NCBI RefSeq assembly: GCF_009914755.1
Contig: NC_060928.1
Source of the DNA: the human T2T-CHM13v2.0 reference genome, Homo sapiens
Direction: 5' to 3' (one strand)
DNA: 64,000 nt
In this document: positions 29,221 through 44,261 of the stretch, piece by piece
Layout of the letters: every line of letters begins with the position of its first letter
How positions within the stretch are numbered: the stretch's first letter is position 1
Notes under the pieces: generated by a model
The model's input: only the letters and a program-made list of their open reading frames with translations
What the model was told of the DNA's origin: nothing
Databases searched by the model: none
Made by a program: the position numbers and the translations under genes

Positions 29221-29895
29221 AGCTTTTCTCTTTTTAACATTTACTAAGTTGCTCTGTGGGGGCCTCTATACTGCATCCATTTTCAGTCTTCAGGTAATCA
29301 CTGTACAGTGGCAAGGAGCAAGAGCTCCAAGTCCAGGGGGTTCTAGTTCGAGCCCTGGCTCCGCACCTGGCAGCCAGGATTAACATATGTAACGGGTTTG
29401 GAATGGTGCCAGCACTCAGGGTTTGATGTCTTTCTCAAATCCTTAAAGAACTTGATTTGTGCCACCTATGTGTTTTCACATGGAGTAATAATCCATGTTA
29501 CTAGTTCATAAAACTCCTACCTGCCTATGAGAGCATCACATAAAACCACACTCCTGCTCCCAACTCTTGTACTTGCAATTTTCTGCTTCCTCTCCTAAGT
29601 CCCAGCCTAAACAACCATACTGAGCATTCCTCATTTGTAAAGATGATTTTAAGTTTTCATTCAATGACAAATAACAGCGTGTAAAGATTAGTCTCTTGCC
29701 AGAACCAGAGTTGCACAGGATTTGGGTTTTAGTCTTTGCTTTGGCAGTAACTTGCCACCTGGGCCCACTGCAGGCCATGGACAACGGCTTAACTCTGGCT
29801 TTAGTCTGTCACCAATGAAACCTGGAACCTTTATGTGGCCCAGGAGAGAAACAGTTCAGCCGAGCCCGCCCCCACAGGAGCCTCACAGTCCTCAC

Positions 29896-30058
29896 CACAG
29901 TCTCCTTCAGCTGTTCCTCCAACTTGACCTTCTCTTCCAGGAGGGTCTTCTCTGTAGCAGGAGGATCTGCCTTCTGTTCACTCTGACCCATGTCCTCTTC
30001 CAGGTTCTGGCCACTGTTCTTTTGTTTCGTGGCTGTGCACAACAACCGGGGAGATGGC
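29896..30058 (-). CDS. GRPEL1: GRPEL1 coding exon 2 (163 nt)
   Basis: TAG|GCCATCT...ACTGTG|GTGAGG; PSPRLLCTATKQKNSGQNLEED...LEEQLKETV. Confidence 0.95.
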
Positions 30059-30299
30059 CTACAGGGAAGTCCACACGTGAGAAACGAAGACTTAGTTTTT
30101 GTGCTTATTAAAGTCAGATGTATGACTTTAGAAACTTAAAATAGCTTCAAACTATTTACGCTTACTTGGGGAGAAAACATTTCTGTTAGATCTAATAAAG
30201 GCACACTGTACGTGACATATAGAAGCTATATTAGTAAATATAAAAGCTGTAAGTCATATACAATGTGCCTTTATTAGATCTAAGATAAACATATATATA

Positions 30300-30790
30300 T
30301 TTTTTTAGAGACAGGATTGGTCTCTCTCTATATATCTATCTATCTATACATCTATCTATATCTATATGTATTTCTTTTTTTTTGAGAGAGAGAGTCTTGC
30401 TCTGTCACCCAAACTGAAGTGCAGTGCAACCTCCGTCTCATGGGTTCAAGGGATACTCCCACCTCAACCTCCCCAGTTGCTCGTCACCACACCCGGCTAA
30501 TTTTTGTATTTTTAGTAGCGATGGGGTTTCACTATGTTGGCCAGGCTAGTCTTGATATCCTGACCTTAAGTGATCTGCCCGCATTGGCCTCCCAAAGTGC
30601 TAGGATTACAGGCGTGAGCCACCACGCCTGGCCTCTCCATGTATTTTTAGAGACAGGGTTTCGCTGTCACCCAAGCTACAGTATGGTGGCACAATCATAA
30701 CTCACTGTAACCCCGAACTCCTGGGCTCAAGTGTTCCTCCCACCTCAGCCTCCCAGAGTGCTGGGATTACAGGCATGAGCCACTGTGCCT
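30300..30790 (-). mobile_element. Diverged Alu/FLAM cluster with TA/TCTA microsatellite
   Basis: Partial reverse Alu arms and a tatc-rich tract at 30325-30370. Confidence 0.75.
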
Positions 30791-31070
30791 GTCTTTTTTA
30801 TAAGATCTTCTGTAAGTACATGCCTAAACTTACATGTCAATGTGCCAAGTTACAGTACTTGGTACAGAACAGTACTAACCTCCTCTTTCCATTCTAAGGT
30901 GACTGAGACAGTCTGCCCAGACCTAACCACGTACTTATGGAATAGCTACTACTAGAGTGAGGCTGGCCTACTGCTGATCCTGATGACAAAGATAGACCCA
31001 GCAGAGATCTTGCAAAAAAAAGGTATCTAAACACAAAGAACAGTAATTTGTGATTTAAAAGTGATTAAGA

Positions 31071-31362
<292 letters not shown>

Positions 31363-31644
31363 AGTGATTAAAAAAAAAAAGGGAACTAAGTGCTTTGTGC
31401 TTTGGGAGGCTCAGAGTAGAAGGAGATACCTAGCTTGGGGAAGGGAAAACCATGAAAGGCTTTGTAGGATAGGTAAGAGTTACGAAAAAGGGATCAGAGG
31501 TGGGACAATGGGATAGATGCGGCTTCAGGAAGATGAAACTGCTTGGACAAAGGCATGAAGACAGGAAAGCATGGGATATGTACCGGTGAAATAGACCAAG
31601 ACCAAGTGATAAGCCCAGGTCACAAAGCCATCAACGAATGATAA

Positions 31645-31949
<305 letters not shown>

Positions 31950-32521
31950 AGGACCTCTTTTTAAATTAGGCCACAGTCCTATCTGAGAATAAGCTACATT
32001 CAATTTTCTTCCCAGATTAAAACTGCTTCAACGAATAGGAAGGTGAAGGCTGCCAGCACACAGAACTCAGTCAAGGCTGTTTATTGCAGCACTGCGAGCG
32101 ACAAGTTGGAAACAATGTTTGTCAGCGAGCAAATGGTTGAATAAACTTGCTAACACAATCTGGAATATTATGCAGCTCCTAAAAATGAGTTAAACTGCCA
32201 TTTATTGGATACACTTTGGATGTTCTGTTAAGAAATGCAACTTACAGAGAAATACACAAAACAGGATCCTATTTTTGTAAAGACAAACTAGAAATCCTGT
32301 GTACTTATTAATATCTTAGATCTGTGGAAAGAAGTGGAGTGGAAGCCTCCATTACAGTCTTGCCATGGGGGTGGAGAGCGATGACCATTTTATATTTTTA
32401 CTCTTGTGAATTTAAAAAGCTAAGAATTTAAATAAAAACTGAGTGTACTGTTGTGAAGCCCACCTTCCTCTCCAGTTGTTCTGCCTGGGGGTGTGACAGC
32501 CACCAGCCTTTCTGCAGGTCA

Positions 32522-32629
<108 letters not shown>

Positions 32630-33199
32630 TCAGAAAGCCTAGTTACTCTGAGAGCTATGACTACCAGTCAGTTCTCCTGCCTTTCCCTAGTTGAGCATCT
32701 TTCCACAAAACTACCATTCTAGAGACAGAAATGATGCTGACTTGGTGGTCACTTTCCTGGCAATTAATTCCAATACAAAACCACCAATTACTTGACCAAA
32801 GTCTTTTTACTCAAGTATTCCACGTGGGTCGTTGCTCTTGGCTCCTGTGTTTTTAAGATATAATTTATTAAGCTAGCACTTACCCCTTAATCACCTAGAC
32901 TGAAAGTGATCTTCACCTCACCTGCCTGCTCTCCTTCAGGAAAGAACTACATCTCACTGCCCAGCTTTTGGCCAATTTGGCCCTCAGTGGCTTCTCTAAT
33001 CAATAACTTGGTTCTAGGCACTTCCTCCAGCAAGTACTTGCCATACTAACTTCTAAAGTAGAACTTTCAAAAAGCAGAAGGGGCAGATTTGAGGGGAAAA
33101 AAAAAAAAGGGGCACTGTCTCGTGGCCCTCAGGCCCGAAATGTGCCCTTGTCTAAACAAACTCTTCGCCCAGCAGCAGCACAGGTTCGACTGCTCTTTT

Positions 33200-34550
33200 G
33201 ACCTCAGACGCTGGAGAAGGCGGAGTGAAGGAATTCGAGGTCGAGTGGAAAAAGCCCGTGAACGGGCAACACGCACCTTGCGACACGAAGTTTCCCGAGC
33301 ACCGCTGTGGCCCCGGCCTCGAGCTGCGGCACGGAAATGAGTAACCACAGCTCCTGCCCAGGGCACACCCGGCCCGGCTCGGCCTCGCTGCGTGACCTTG
33401 GACAAAGCTCGAGCTTCTTTGGTCGCTTCTTCAACCGCACAAGTTGCGGCTGCCTCTGCGCCCGTGAGCGCCGAGACCGTGAATGCGCGCGAGGCGTCGC
33501 CGCAGGCCCTGGACCACACGCGCACGTGGGCCACCGTACCTTCCGAGCCAGACGCCCCCCGCGCTGCGGTCCTCTCCTCCTGACACGGCGCCCGCCCGCT
33601 CCACGCTTCCCAAGCCCTGAGCTGGCAGCCTGGCAGCAGAGCAGGCCCCAGCGGGGCGGTCCGCGTCCCGCGGCGGGGAACCGCGAGCCCGGAGATGCCC
33701 AGCTCCGGGGCCGAGACCGGGAAGGAGGCCCCGGGGCCGGGAAAGGCCCCCATCGGAGCGGGAGGTCGCGCTGCCACCTCCACCCAGGGAGACCAAGTGC
33801 CCCTTACCTGAGAGACAACGCCAAAGCAGGAAGACTGCGCCGCGCCAACCTCACGCACTGAGCCGCCATGACTGCCACTGCCCGTCGCAGTCGCCGCGCA
33901 CGCACCAAGCGTGAGTGCAGGCAGCTATACCCACTTTTCTGCCCTACTACTTCGCCTCAGCCAATCCGTAATCGCTTTTCCTGTTATGGACAGGCAATAG
34001 TCACCAATAACTGTGGGTCACGGAAGAGCATCTTTCCCCACCCCCCGGTGGGCGGGGCCTGAGGCGTACCGGAGGCCCTGAAGAGGTGAAAGGTGAAGTG
34101 AGCATTGGGAGGAGCCTCCTGTGGGCGTGGCGATGCCGGGAGGAGCCAATGAGGAGGCAGCGTGAGGGGGCGGGGCCAGCGCCGGGGTGGGGCGCGCGCG
34201 TCGCGGGCCGGGAGGGACTTCAGAGCCGGGTTTTGGGTAGGAGTGAGGCGGCAGCTTGTCGTTTCCCGGCCCGCACCCGCCCTTGCGCTGACACCGCGGG
34301 CCTTCCTTTGCTCTGGGAACGAGCGTGGGGAGCCCTGTTCACCCTCACACCCCGGCTCCAGAGCGGCGCGGAGCACTCCATGTTTGCTAAATGAAAATGA
34401 AGTCTCGGCGCGAGCGCCACCCAAACGGCGGCGTAGTTGCTTGAGAACCGCGGAGGCAACCGCTTGGGAGGGCGCCCCGACCCCGAAGCTGCTTCTCCAG
34501 GCGCCCGAGGCGGAGAGAAGGCACTGGGGTCTCCGTCTCCACCAGTGATT
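33200..34550. promoter_or_regulatory. GRPEL1 CpG island promoter
   Basis: CpG-dense; CCAAT boxes (33961, about 34003, 34145); GC boxes gggcgggg; NRF1-like gcgcacgca near 33896. Confidence 0.85.
33808..33869 (-). CDS. GRPEL1: GRPEL1 coding exon 1 (mitochondrial presequence)
   Basis: ATG at 33869; MAAQCVRLARRSLPALALSL; donor AG|GTAAG; 62+163+82+347 = 654 nt = 217 aa plus stop. Confidence 0.95.
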
Positions 34551-34934
34551 TCTGGTGAAACAGGAAACAAAACCCGGGAAACAAATGGGACGAAATGTTG
34601 GCGGTATTGATGCTGGATGATGGGAATATGGGCGTGTGTTTTGTACCTTTCTGTTATCTTCAGTTTTCTCAAAACACGAAAAACAGACTAAGAACAGCGC
34701 ATAGAAAACATTGGGGCACAACTAAAGCTCATAAATGCACACGTTTTCATAACCTGACCGAGGTCCATGCTGCTGTAGCGCATACCCCCAAGAACAGAGG
34801 TGCTGGGAGAGCAGGGGCCGCGTGTTCTTATGGCCCCGGTGCCGGCCCCCAAGCGGGGTTCCCGCAGGAGATAGGGCCTGGCTCCCGCTTCAGCACCGCG
34901 TGGCCTGGAGTGCAGTTCTGGCGGCCAAGATCTG

Positions 34935-35067
34935 AGGGCTGTAGCCCGTGCCCTCACCAGGATCCCAGACTTAGAGTCCCTGCCCTCCCCGGGATCCCAG
35001 GGCTCGATCCTGTGCCCTCCCCGGGATCCCAGGGCTGGAGCCCATGCCCTCCCCAGGATCCCAGGGC
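34935..35067. repeat. 32-bp tandem repeat, about 4 copies
   Basis: agggct..ag.cc.tgccctcccc(a/g)ggatccc recurring every 32 nt. Confidence 0.9.
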
Positions 35068-35794
35068 GCGAGCTGGTGGCTTCTCAAGCGGAGTTTTGCC
35101 TGCTTGTTACATTAGTGAATGTAGGACCACTTGAGTAAAGGACCAAACCTTTATTCTTTTGCTTTTCTGCCATTGAAACCATTCAACCCATGCTGATTAA
35201 TACCTACTGTTTGCCAGGTAATATGCCCCTTGCAGAAAGACGCAAACAGCTAAACCCCAAATGTGGGATGTTGTACAGGACAAATGACCGTGTCAATTAA
35301 TACCAATAATTAAGATAATAGTATAATTATGATGATAATATAATTAATTCGAGCCTGGAGGAAAAAAAAGAAAGTGGAACTGAACTATTAGAGAATAAAT
35401 GAGCTTAAAAGACGTCATTGAATGGAATGTGTGGAACTTACTTGGATCATGATAGAATAAACTAGCTTAAACGGGGCATTTGAGAGATAGGTGGGGGAAA
35501 TTGGAATATAAAGCTGGGTATTAGATGAAAACTGGGAGTTATCGATACTTTTGGTAGGGAGCAGTAACGGCTGGTGGGTAAAATGTCCTAACCTTTAGAG
35601 ATGCAAACGGAAGTATTTACAGCAAATTGCCCCTATGTCTGGTATTCGCTTTGTAAATTCTCCATGAAAAAAAATTCAAGGACAGGTGAAACACAAGTGG
35701 CAAATGTTAGTAACGGTTGAAGCTGGGTGATGAATGCCATAGGAGTTATGACGATTTTCTTTTGCATATGTTTGTAGTTTTCTGCGATAAAATT

Positions 35795-36100
35795 TATTTT
35801 ATTTTATATATATATTTTGAGACAGAGTCTCATTCTGTTGCCCAGGCTGGAGTGCAGTGGCGCGATCTCGGCTCACTGCAAACTCTGCCTCCCGGTTCAA
35901 GCGATTCTCATGCCTCAGCCTCCCTAGTAGCTGGTATTAGAGGTGTGTGCCACCATGCTTGGCTAATTTTTTGTCTTTTTAGTAGAGACGGGGTTTCACC
36001 ATGTTACCCAGGCTGGTCTCGAACTGCTGAGTTCAAGCAGTCCGGCCTCCTCAGCCTCCCAAAGTGCTAGGATTAGAGGCGTGAGCCACCACACCCAGCC
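35795..36100 (-). mobile_element. AluS
   Basis: Reverse Alu; TSD tttctgc(g/a)ataaaattt. Confidence 0.9.
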
Positions 36101-36118
36101 TTTCTGCAATAAAATTTA

Positions 36119-36814
<696 letters not shown>

Positions 36815-37459
36815 TCAGGAACTGCTCCAAAGGCAGTCTGCTCTTGGGAACCTACCTGGTCAGGTAGCTCCTTGAGGTCTGGAACTGCACCACAGTGCAA
36901 GTTATCTTCACGTGGAGGTGAAGCTGCCTGTATGGAAGACTCTTGGATCAGTCGTCTGAGCACATGTCCAGCAATGGGCATGGGTGGGCTAGCCAGGGAC
37001 TGGGGGTGCCGGAAGAGCCGACTGTACAGCACGTGGTGCCCCTAACAAGGATTGAGTGGTGTTTTTAAAAAGAAAAAAAGGTCGTGCAGATGGTCTGACA
37101 GTCTGTCGACCGTGGGCGCGGTGCTCATAGCAGCTGAGCACTGCCGGGGTACCAGGCTGTGTGCTGGGTGCTTCAAAGATGTCCTCTTGTGGATCAGCCC
37201 ATCTGTGGCGAGGAGGGGACCGGGCTCAGCCAGGTTAGGTGACTTGCACAAGGTCATGTGGGTGAAAGGAAGGCAGAACTCTTGTGTATTTCTCCTGACC
37301 CCAGATTCTGCGTCAGGGCTGAAGCCAGAACCCACACGTGTCCAGCGCAGGGTGATTGCTGCCATGAGCTGCATTGCTGTGATCCTCTGGCGAGGGCGTG
37401 GATTTTCATCCTTTTATTCAATTTTGAAAGAAGCAAATTTAGAAAGATATGATATGATG

Positions 37460-37945
37460 GGTGTGGCAGACAGAATTCTAAAGGTGGGCCCACTGATTCG
37501 TACCCCTGGCTGTTCAGTTAAACACTAGCCTAGGTGCTGCTGTGCAGGGACTTTGACGAAGGAATGAAAGTCCCAAGCCATCTGACCTTGAGATCAGAGA
37601 TTATCTGGTGGGCTTGACCTCATGAGCCTAATGAAAGCAGGGAGCTTTTCCAGCTGTCAGCAGAAAAGAAGGTCAAATTCAATGTGTGAGAAAGGCTGGA
37701 ATTAACATTGCTGGTTTGAAGGAGGAAGGGGTTGTGTGAGAAGGTGTGTGAGTGACTTATAGGAGCAGAGAGTGGCCCCCAGCCATGGAATGAGGACCCC
37801 AGGTCTGCAGGCACCAGGAGCTGGACTTTCAGGGCCACCTGAATGCACCCAGAAGCGGATTCTCCTCCAGAGCCTCCAGGTAAGAGTTCATTCCAGCCAC
37901 CACCTTGATTTAGACCTTGTAAGACCTGGAGTGCAGAACCCAGTT
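37460..37945 (+). mobile_element. MLT1 (MaLR) LTR
   Basis: tgtggcagacagaattctaa...gattatctggtgggc...ggattctcctccagagcctccag...caccttgatttt. Confidence 0.75.
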
Positions 37946-39339
37946 TAATTCACTTCAGCCATATAATAACCCTGTGGGGCAGGCATTACTTTTTTTCTCC
38001 CCATTTTATCTTTATTTTGGACTTTGGTAGTCAAGTTTATTTATCATAAACCTTTGGTTCCCATTCTCACCCTTGTGCCTGCCTTATTCTTGGTCTGCTT
38101 CTGTTTGTTTAGTTGCTATAATCAACATCCCTGGACCCATCGCGCAGAAGAAACTGAGGTTCCCAGGTTAAGAGACTTGCCTGGAAAAGGGTTAACTGAC
38201 AGCTTGGCAGCAGAGCCACCGCTCCTTCCCCCTTGCATGCTGGTTCCAAACCGAAAATGATGTCTGGGTAAGAAAAAACAGCAGCATAAGGGACCACAGA
38301 CATTCGAGTTGAAATAATTTGAAATAACTTTCTGCAAAAAGAGCCAGACTTCACGAGAGGTGGTTTAATTGGGATAATGAGTTGCACGGGGAATGAGCAA
38401 ATGCAAAGTTAATTAACAGTCATTTCCCTGAGACTATTTGAAGGAGAGAGATGGCTGCCTGGACCTTGTGGAATCCAGGTGTGATTCAGGTGCCTGCCGT
38501 TGGCATGATCATTTCTTCCCTGTTGCAGCCAGGGCAGCTGCAGAGGTGGGTGTGAGGTGGGCCTGGGCTGGCCTGAAGGACAGGGAAGGAAGGAGGAGGC
38601 AAACCTCATGGAGCTCGAGGAGATCTTCTTAAAAGCCCATGGATGTGAGAGATAATTGGACTCAAAAGCTGATTAAATTGTTCCTTACAAGCCTGTGATT
38701 TGAGCCCTCCCGTGTGTGGGTCAAATCCATCATTAGGCAGCAAAAAAGTCAGAACTGTGAAAAGCACTGTGGGTGAGGATTGGTGAGAGGGAAGGTTTCT
38801 CATTATAAAAATAATGGATGCTTGTAGAAATGTTGGCAACGGAATGGTAGGATCATTTAAGAACATTAGCCCTTCTCCACTCTGGTTCCTCTCTCTTGCC
38901 CCTGTTTAGGAAATAGTGGGGTGGGGAACTCACTACCTTCCCTTGACGTTGCCCTTGGATTGATCGCAAAGCCACAACTGGAGCCAAAGGTATCATGAGG
39001 TGACAGCTCTGACCTTGTGGTCTGCCGGTGGGCAGAGGTGAAGGGAGCCTCTCTGAATTCTGGTCTCTTCGTTGGTACAGCGGGCCAGTACACTCGTGGT
39101 GTTGTCGCACTTTTTCCGGATGCTTACCACCGTCAGTGGCGTCGGTCACCACCATTGCGAGTGTTCAGGCAGTGGGTGCTATGGCAGACTTGCAGTGTGT
39201 GGCGCTTTCTCAGGAGCTGTGCTTGAGGGTGGAGGGGCTCCCTGGGGCTGAGGCTGGGGCTTACAGGCCTCCTGACCCTGTGCCCCTTTCCTTGCCACTG
39301 GAGGCCTGGCGTACCTGCTGCTCCTCTAGTTCCTAAGCC

Positions 39340-39680
39340 CCTCTGGATAGGGAACCACATCAACAGTAACTTCAGCCAGAGACGTTTATTTCTCCAGTAT
39401 GCAAAAGTCCAGGGGTCGGCAGTCCATGGCTCCCTGACGTCTCTGTGGCCTCAGGTCATCAGGGACCCAGGCTCCTTCCAGCCTGCAGCTCTGTCCTCCG
39501 CAGGGTGTGGCCTGCACCTCACTGTGAGCATGGAGCTCCAGGAACATCCCAGACAGGAGTGGGCAGAAGGGCAGGGATGCAATGCAGCTGTCTCCTTATA
39601 TCCTATTGGGCAAAATGTGGTCACATGCCACACCTGGCTGCAAAGGATGCTGGGAAATGTAGTTTTTATTCCCAAGGGTC
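39340..39680. mobile_element. Old MLT1 (K/L-like) LTR fragment
   Basis: cctattgggcaaaatgtggtcacatgccacacctggctgcaaaggatgctgggaaatgtagt. Confidence 0.6.
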
Positions 39681-40059
39681 CACTGCCTGCTGACAATTCT
39701 GTTCCTGCAGATGAAGGGAGAATGAATGCTTGGGGACACTAGCAACAGCTCCTCCCTAAGCCTCCGTGGCCCTTCTACCCCCACTTTCCTGGGCCCCCTC
39801 ACTAATGGGATCTCATTGCCTTCCCTCAGTAGCCCATGAGACTGGGGGGGTCCTGTTCGCTTATCTGACACCCCCGTAGTCTAGGGGGCCCGGTGCTCAT
39901 TCTTCCCACCTCACTGTCAGTAAACTGAGGTGCAGAAAGGTGACCTGAGCCATGGTCGTCCACAGCCAGTGAGTGCTGGAGCCAGGGTTGGAGCCCAGGT
40001 CTTTGCCAGCCCCGCCTGCAGCATCTGCAGTGCAGAGACGCGGCCACGTGGGCACCTCC

Positions 40060-40470
40060 ATGGCTGCTGTAACAGATGAGCACACCGAGGCTCAGAGCAA
40101 TAAACATTCTATCCGCTCATGGTTCTGCAGGTCAGAGTCTGAAATCAGCCTCGCTGGGCTAATGTCAAGGTGTCGGCAGGGCTGTCTTCTTCTGGAGGCT
40201 TCAGGGGAGAATCTGTTTCCTTGCCTTTTGCAATTTCTAGGTGGTGCCTGTCTGCTGTGGCTCATGGCCCCTTCCTCCGTCGCTCCAGTCTCTCTCTCCA
40301 TCCTCACATGGCCTTCTCCCTGCCCCTCCTGCTCCTTCTCAGTAGGACTTGCCCACAGGATCAGGACGGACTCCGCTTCTCAGAAGCCCTCATGCAATTG
40401 CCTTTGCACAGTGCCTTTGCCAGATAGAGTGACATTCACAGGTGCCAGGGATTAGGACGTGGGCATAACC
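40060..40470 (-). mobile_element. MLT1 (MaLR) LTR
   Basis: ggctgctgtaaca...tcaaggtgtcggcagggctg...ctggaggcttcaggggagaatctgtttccttgcc. Confidence 0.75.
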
Positions 40471-40959
40471 GATGCCATGAGTCAGCCTTGAGGCAGGAAG
40501 GGCCAGCTGACCAAACCCTGAAGAGAAGTCCTGCCCCACGCTGCATTCTTGAGAAAGGAATGCCCCACTAAAGATGCTTGGGTGTCAGGGAGGACGGTTT
40601 CCACCATGCCCAGGGCCAGGGAAGGCCAGGACGGGTGTGGCCGGGGCCTTTCTTAGACCTGCCCTGCCCCACCTCTCTCCCTTGCCCCTGCAGGGGCAGC
40701 TCTTCTGAGCGGAGGCCCAAGTCCTTTCTGCCCCTGGAAGACTCCAGCCTCTCTGGCCCCCAACCATTCCTCTGTCACCCAAGGCTCAGGCAGGGGTGGG
40801 ATGGGGTGGGAGCCTCCAAGACTCAGCACCATGGTCGACCTTCGTGACTCCCGCCCAAATTCCCCCACTCCTACTGTCCCGAGTGTGGGTTTCATCCCTG
40901 TGCCCTGATTCTGGGGGAAATTGAAACCTATTGTTTTGCCCAGCTCTTAAACAACTTAA

Positions 40960-41239
<280 letters not shown>

Positions 41240-41984
41240 CCGTTTGTTTTCTTAAAGCATCTTTGTGTGTCTTGGATTGGCAAAAGTGTATTTGAATGGA
41301 GCGAGATGAGAACAGACTTCCTCGTTATCACAGCACCTGCCCCCTGCTATGGCGGTGTGGACCCTGGGCCATGTCTTCCAGGGCCTCGTTTCTGTGCGTC
41401 CCCAAGTTGGGGAGTCTTCTGGGCTTGGGGAAGCTTAGATGCTACCTCTGTACTGGAGGATTTTGCGGCCAGGGTGTGTGATGGCCACCTCCCCCCAGGC
41501 TGTGCCCACAGCCCAGCCCTTTCTCCACCTGCCACTCCTCTCCACGGTGGAGAGCGTCACTATGGATGATCTCCCCAGCGGCTGGTGTCTGGAGGCCTCC
41601 TCAGTGGAGGATCAGCAGCACGGGGCAGAGGTCCGCTCTGTCTTCCACTGTCTCAGCAGCTCCGGCTGCCGAATGGGCAGGCACGTGAGGGCAGGCCTCT
41701 GGAGGTCTGCGCAGACGAGATCCAAGCTTCGCCTCTCACCGCCCTGGTTTCCAGTGATAGCTGCGTCCTGGATTTGACTGCTTCCTCTTAGGCAACCTAG
41801 AAAACACACCCTCTAAGGGAATTTTCCAAATGAAATTTCCCTTGCAACAGAAGCAAAGCCAGATGCCCTGCAGAGAGGCAAACTGAAAGTTGACCCAGGC
41901 CTCCAGGGAGAAGCCCCTCCACCCACCCTGTGACTGACCTTGAGCCCTGTCGCTTATCCGAGAAGCCCACAGCCTGACTGCTCC

Positions 41985-42320
41985 TGCGCTGTGTGCTCCC
42001 CTGCCCCCATGCGCTGCCCCACTGTGCGCTGGCCCCTGTGCACCGTCCCACTGTGTGCTGGCCCCCGTGTGCTGCCCCACTGTGCGCTGGCCCCTGTGCG
42101 CTGCCCCACTGTGTGCTGCCTCACTGTGCGCTGGCCCCTGTGTGCTGCCTCACTGTGCGCTGCCCCACTGTGCGCTGGCCCCTGCGCACTGCCTCACTGT
42201 GTGCTGGCCCCCGTGTGCTGCCCCCATGCGCCGCCCCACCATGCGTGCCTCACTGCGTGCTGGCCCCTGTGCGCTGTGCCACTGTGTGCTGGCCCGTGTG
42301 TGCTGCCCCACTGTGCGCCG
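41985..42320. repeat. Degenerate GC-rich minisatellite, 14-15-bp unit
   Basis: ctgtg(c/t)gctg followed by gccc, cccca or cctca, repeated roughly 20 times or more. Confidence 0.9.
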
Positions 42321-44261
42321 CATGGTGGGCAACTCTAAACCTCACATCTGCAAGCAGAAGCACCTGGAGTGTGCAGCACACACTCGTGGTCCAAATACTG
42401 TTTCTCAAAAGTTGGATTGGAAACCATGACTAATGTTTTAAAGCATTTTTGAGGACAGTTTACTGCTGGTGAGTGGTGGCCATGGTGACGGTGGTGGGAG
42501 TGGTGGCGGGGAGGAAGAGAACCCCATTTGCCAGTTCTCCATCACAGTGCCGGTCTGCATTGTGGAGACCTACTGTGTGCCTGGGCCTCTTCCAGGCATC
42601 ACACGCCCTAGTGCAGTGGGTCTTGCAGCCAGCGTGGTCGTTTTCTGTTGTTGGTCATTGTTTTGCTTGGTTTTGTTAGTGTGTTTTCACTCCCCAGCAT
42701 GTGCTTGGACTCCCTTCCTCTATGCCCCCTGCCGCTGAGGACTGTGCCTGGGACCCAGGCCTTTTAAGGAAGCCCAGCCTTTGGTGACAGTGATCGATGC
42801 CAGGTCTGGGCATGTGACCTGGGCAAGGCCAGTCGGTTCCTTCCCTGGAAAGGCTATGTGGAGGCTGGGAAGAGCAGCTGTCCCTGCCATGGTCCCCTGG
42901 GTGGGAAGGGCACCCACCCCAGCCCCTGTATTCTCTGCCCCCTCCCCCACAGAGGGAGCCTCGCTGCTGCTGAAAGGCAGGGGAGACCAGACAAAGGGTC
43001 CTGTAGACACACCCTGGAAGTCTCAGTGCTGGTTCCAGTACCAAGCCCTTGGCTCTGCCAGCCTCTGCTCCACTCCTGCAAGGTGCCTCCAGCTCTGCCC
43101 CAGCACTGAAAAACCAACTACAGATTGGCTTCATTTGCTTCCCTTGGTTTGGGTTGAGCTTCTGTCACTTACAGCTGATGGCCTTCACCGAAATAAGTCT
43201 TAACAGCCACACCTGCGGCAGGCATCGTAACCCCAGTTGACAGACCAGGGTGGGTGGTGGGGTCACGCCCCAAGCTCTTTCCAGTACACACTTTCCTGTC
43301 CTTCGTGTCATCAGAGCACGCTGACATCCACAGTGGGCCTCTTTCACTGGGTCCCTGCAAGGGTTTTCTAGATGAGGGGGTGAAGCAGAGCTGTGGCCAG
43401 AGGATGCACAGCTGTGGACGGCCGGGCTGGGCTGGCCCCACACCTGGTACCACCGACCACCCAGGCTGCAGGCACCGAGGAGGATCCAGCTTACCTGCAT
43501 GCAGGAGGGCAGGCGGGCAGATGAATGAGCTGCCAAGCATCAATGGGCAATGACAGAGATCAGGGCAGCCACAAACACCACACTGCCTGTGGGCTGCGGC
43601 CCCTGGAATCTCACAATTATCTTGCGTGAGGCGACGGTAGTAACTTCAGCAACAGTGGCGCAAGTGAGAAGAGCAGTCTCTGCAAGTGGAGCTGGGTTTG
43701 CTTGCTGGGCCTTGGGCTGAGCCCTCCAGGTTCATGATCTCAGCCCTGCAGCAGCTCTGCAAGGTGGGAGTGAGACTGGGGTGTGAGGTGGGGCTTCATC
43801 ACCCTCTGCAGACAGGGATGGGTGGAGTGTCAGCCAGGTATGTCACTGAGGTATCAGCGAGGTGAGGGAAGCGGTTGAGGTCCCACCACACAGAGTGGAA
43901 AGAGATGGGAAGAAAACGTGTGTCTTGACCTCCTGCCATGGCTGGGCAGGTCTGTTAGAAAGACCAGCCATATTAGAACCAGGGCAGAATCTTCTGCATT
44001 ATTCAGAAGGACGATTCCAATTGCACAAGTAGTAAATGAATACCTTCTTGTGAAAATCCAAACAGCATAGAGTGAGAGTCCCATTGCCTGCCCTGGTGCT
44101 AATGTGTCCTTCCACATGTGCTCCTAGGCGTCCACATGTATGCGTATGCACATATGCACATACACACACGTAGATAGATCACTTTGGTTTTATAAAAATG
44201 GCTTCCTACTATTTCAGTGTTCTACAGTTGCCCTCTAAAAAACTTATTTCCATATACATTC

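Noticed and set aside
33067-35134. Long ORFs around the GRPEL1 promoter
   Set aside because: CpG-island artefacts; only the 62-nt exon 1 fits the spliced GrpE frame.
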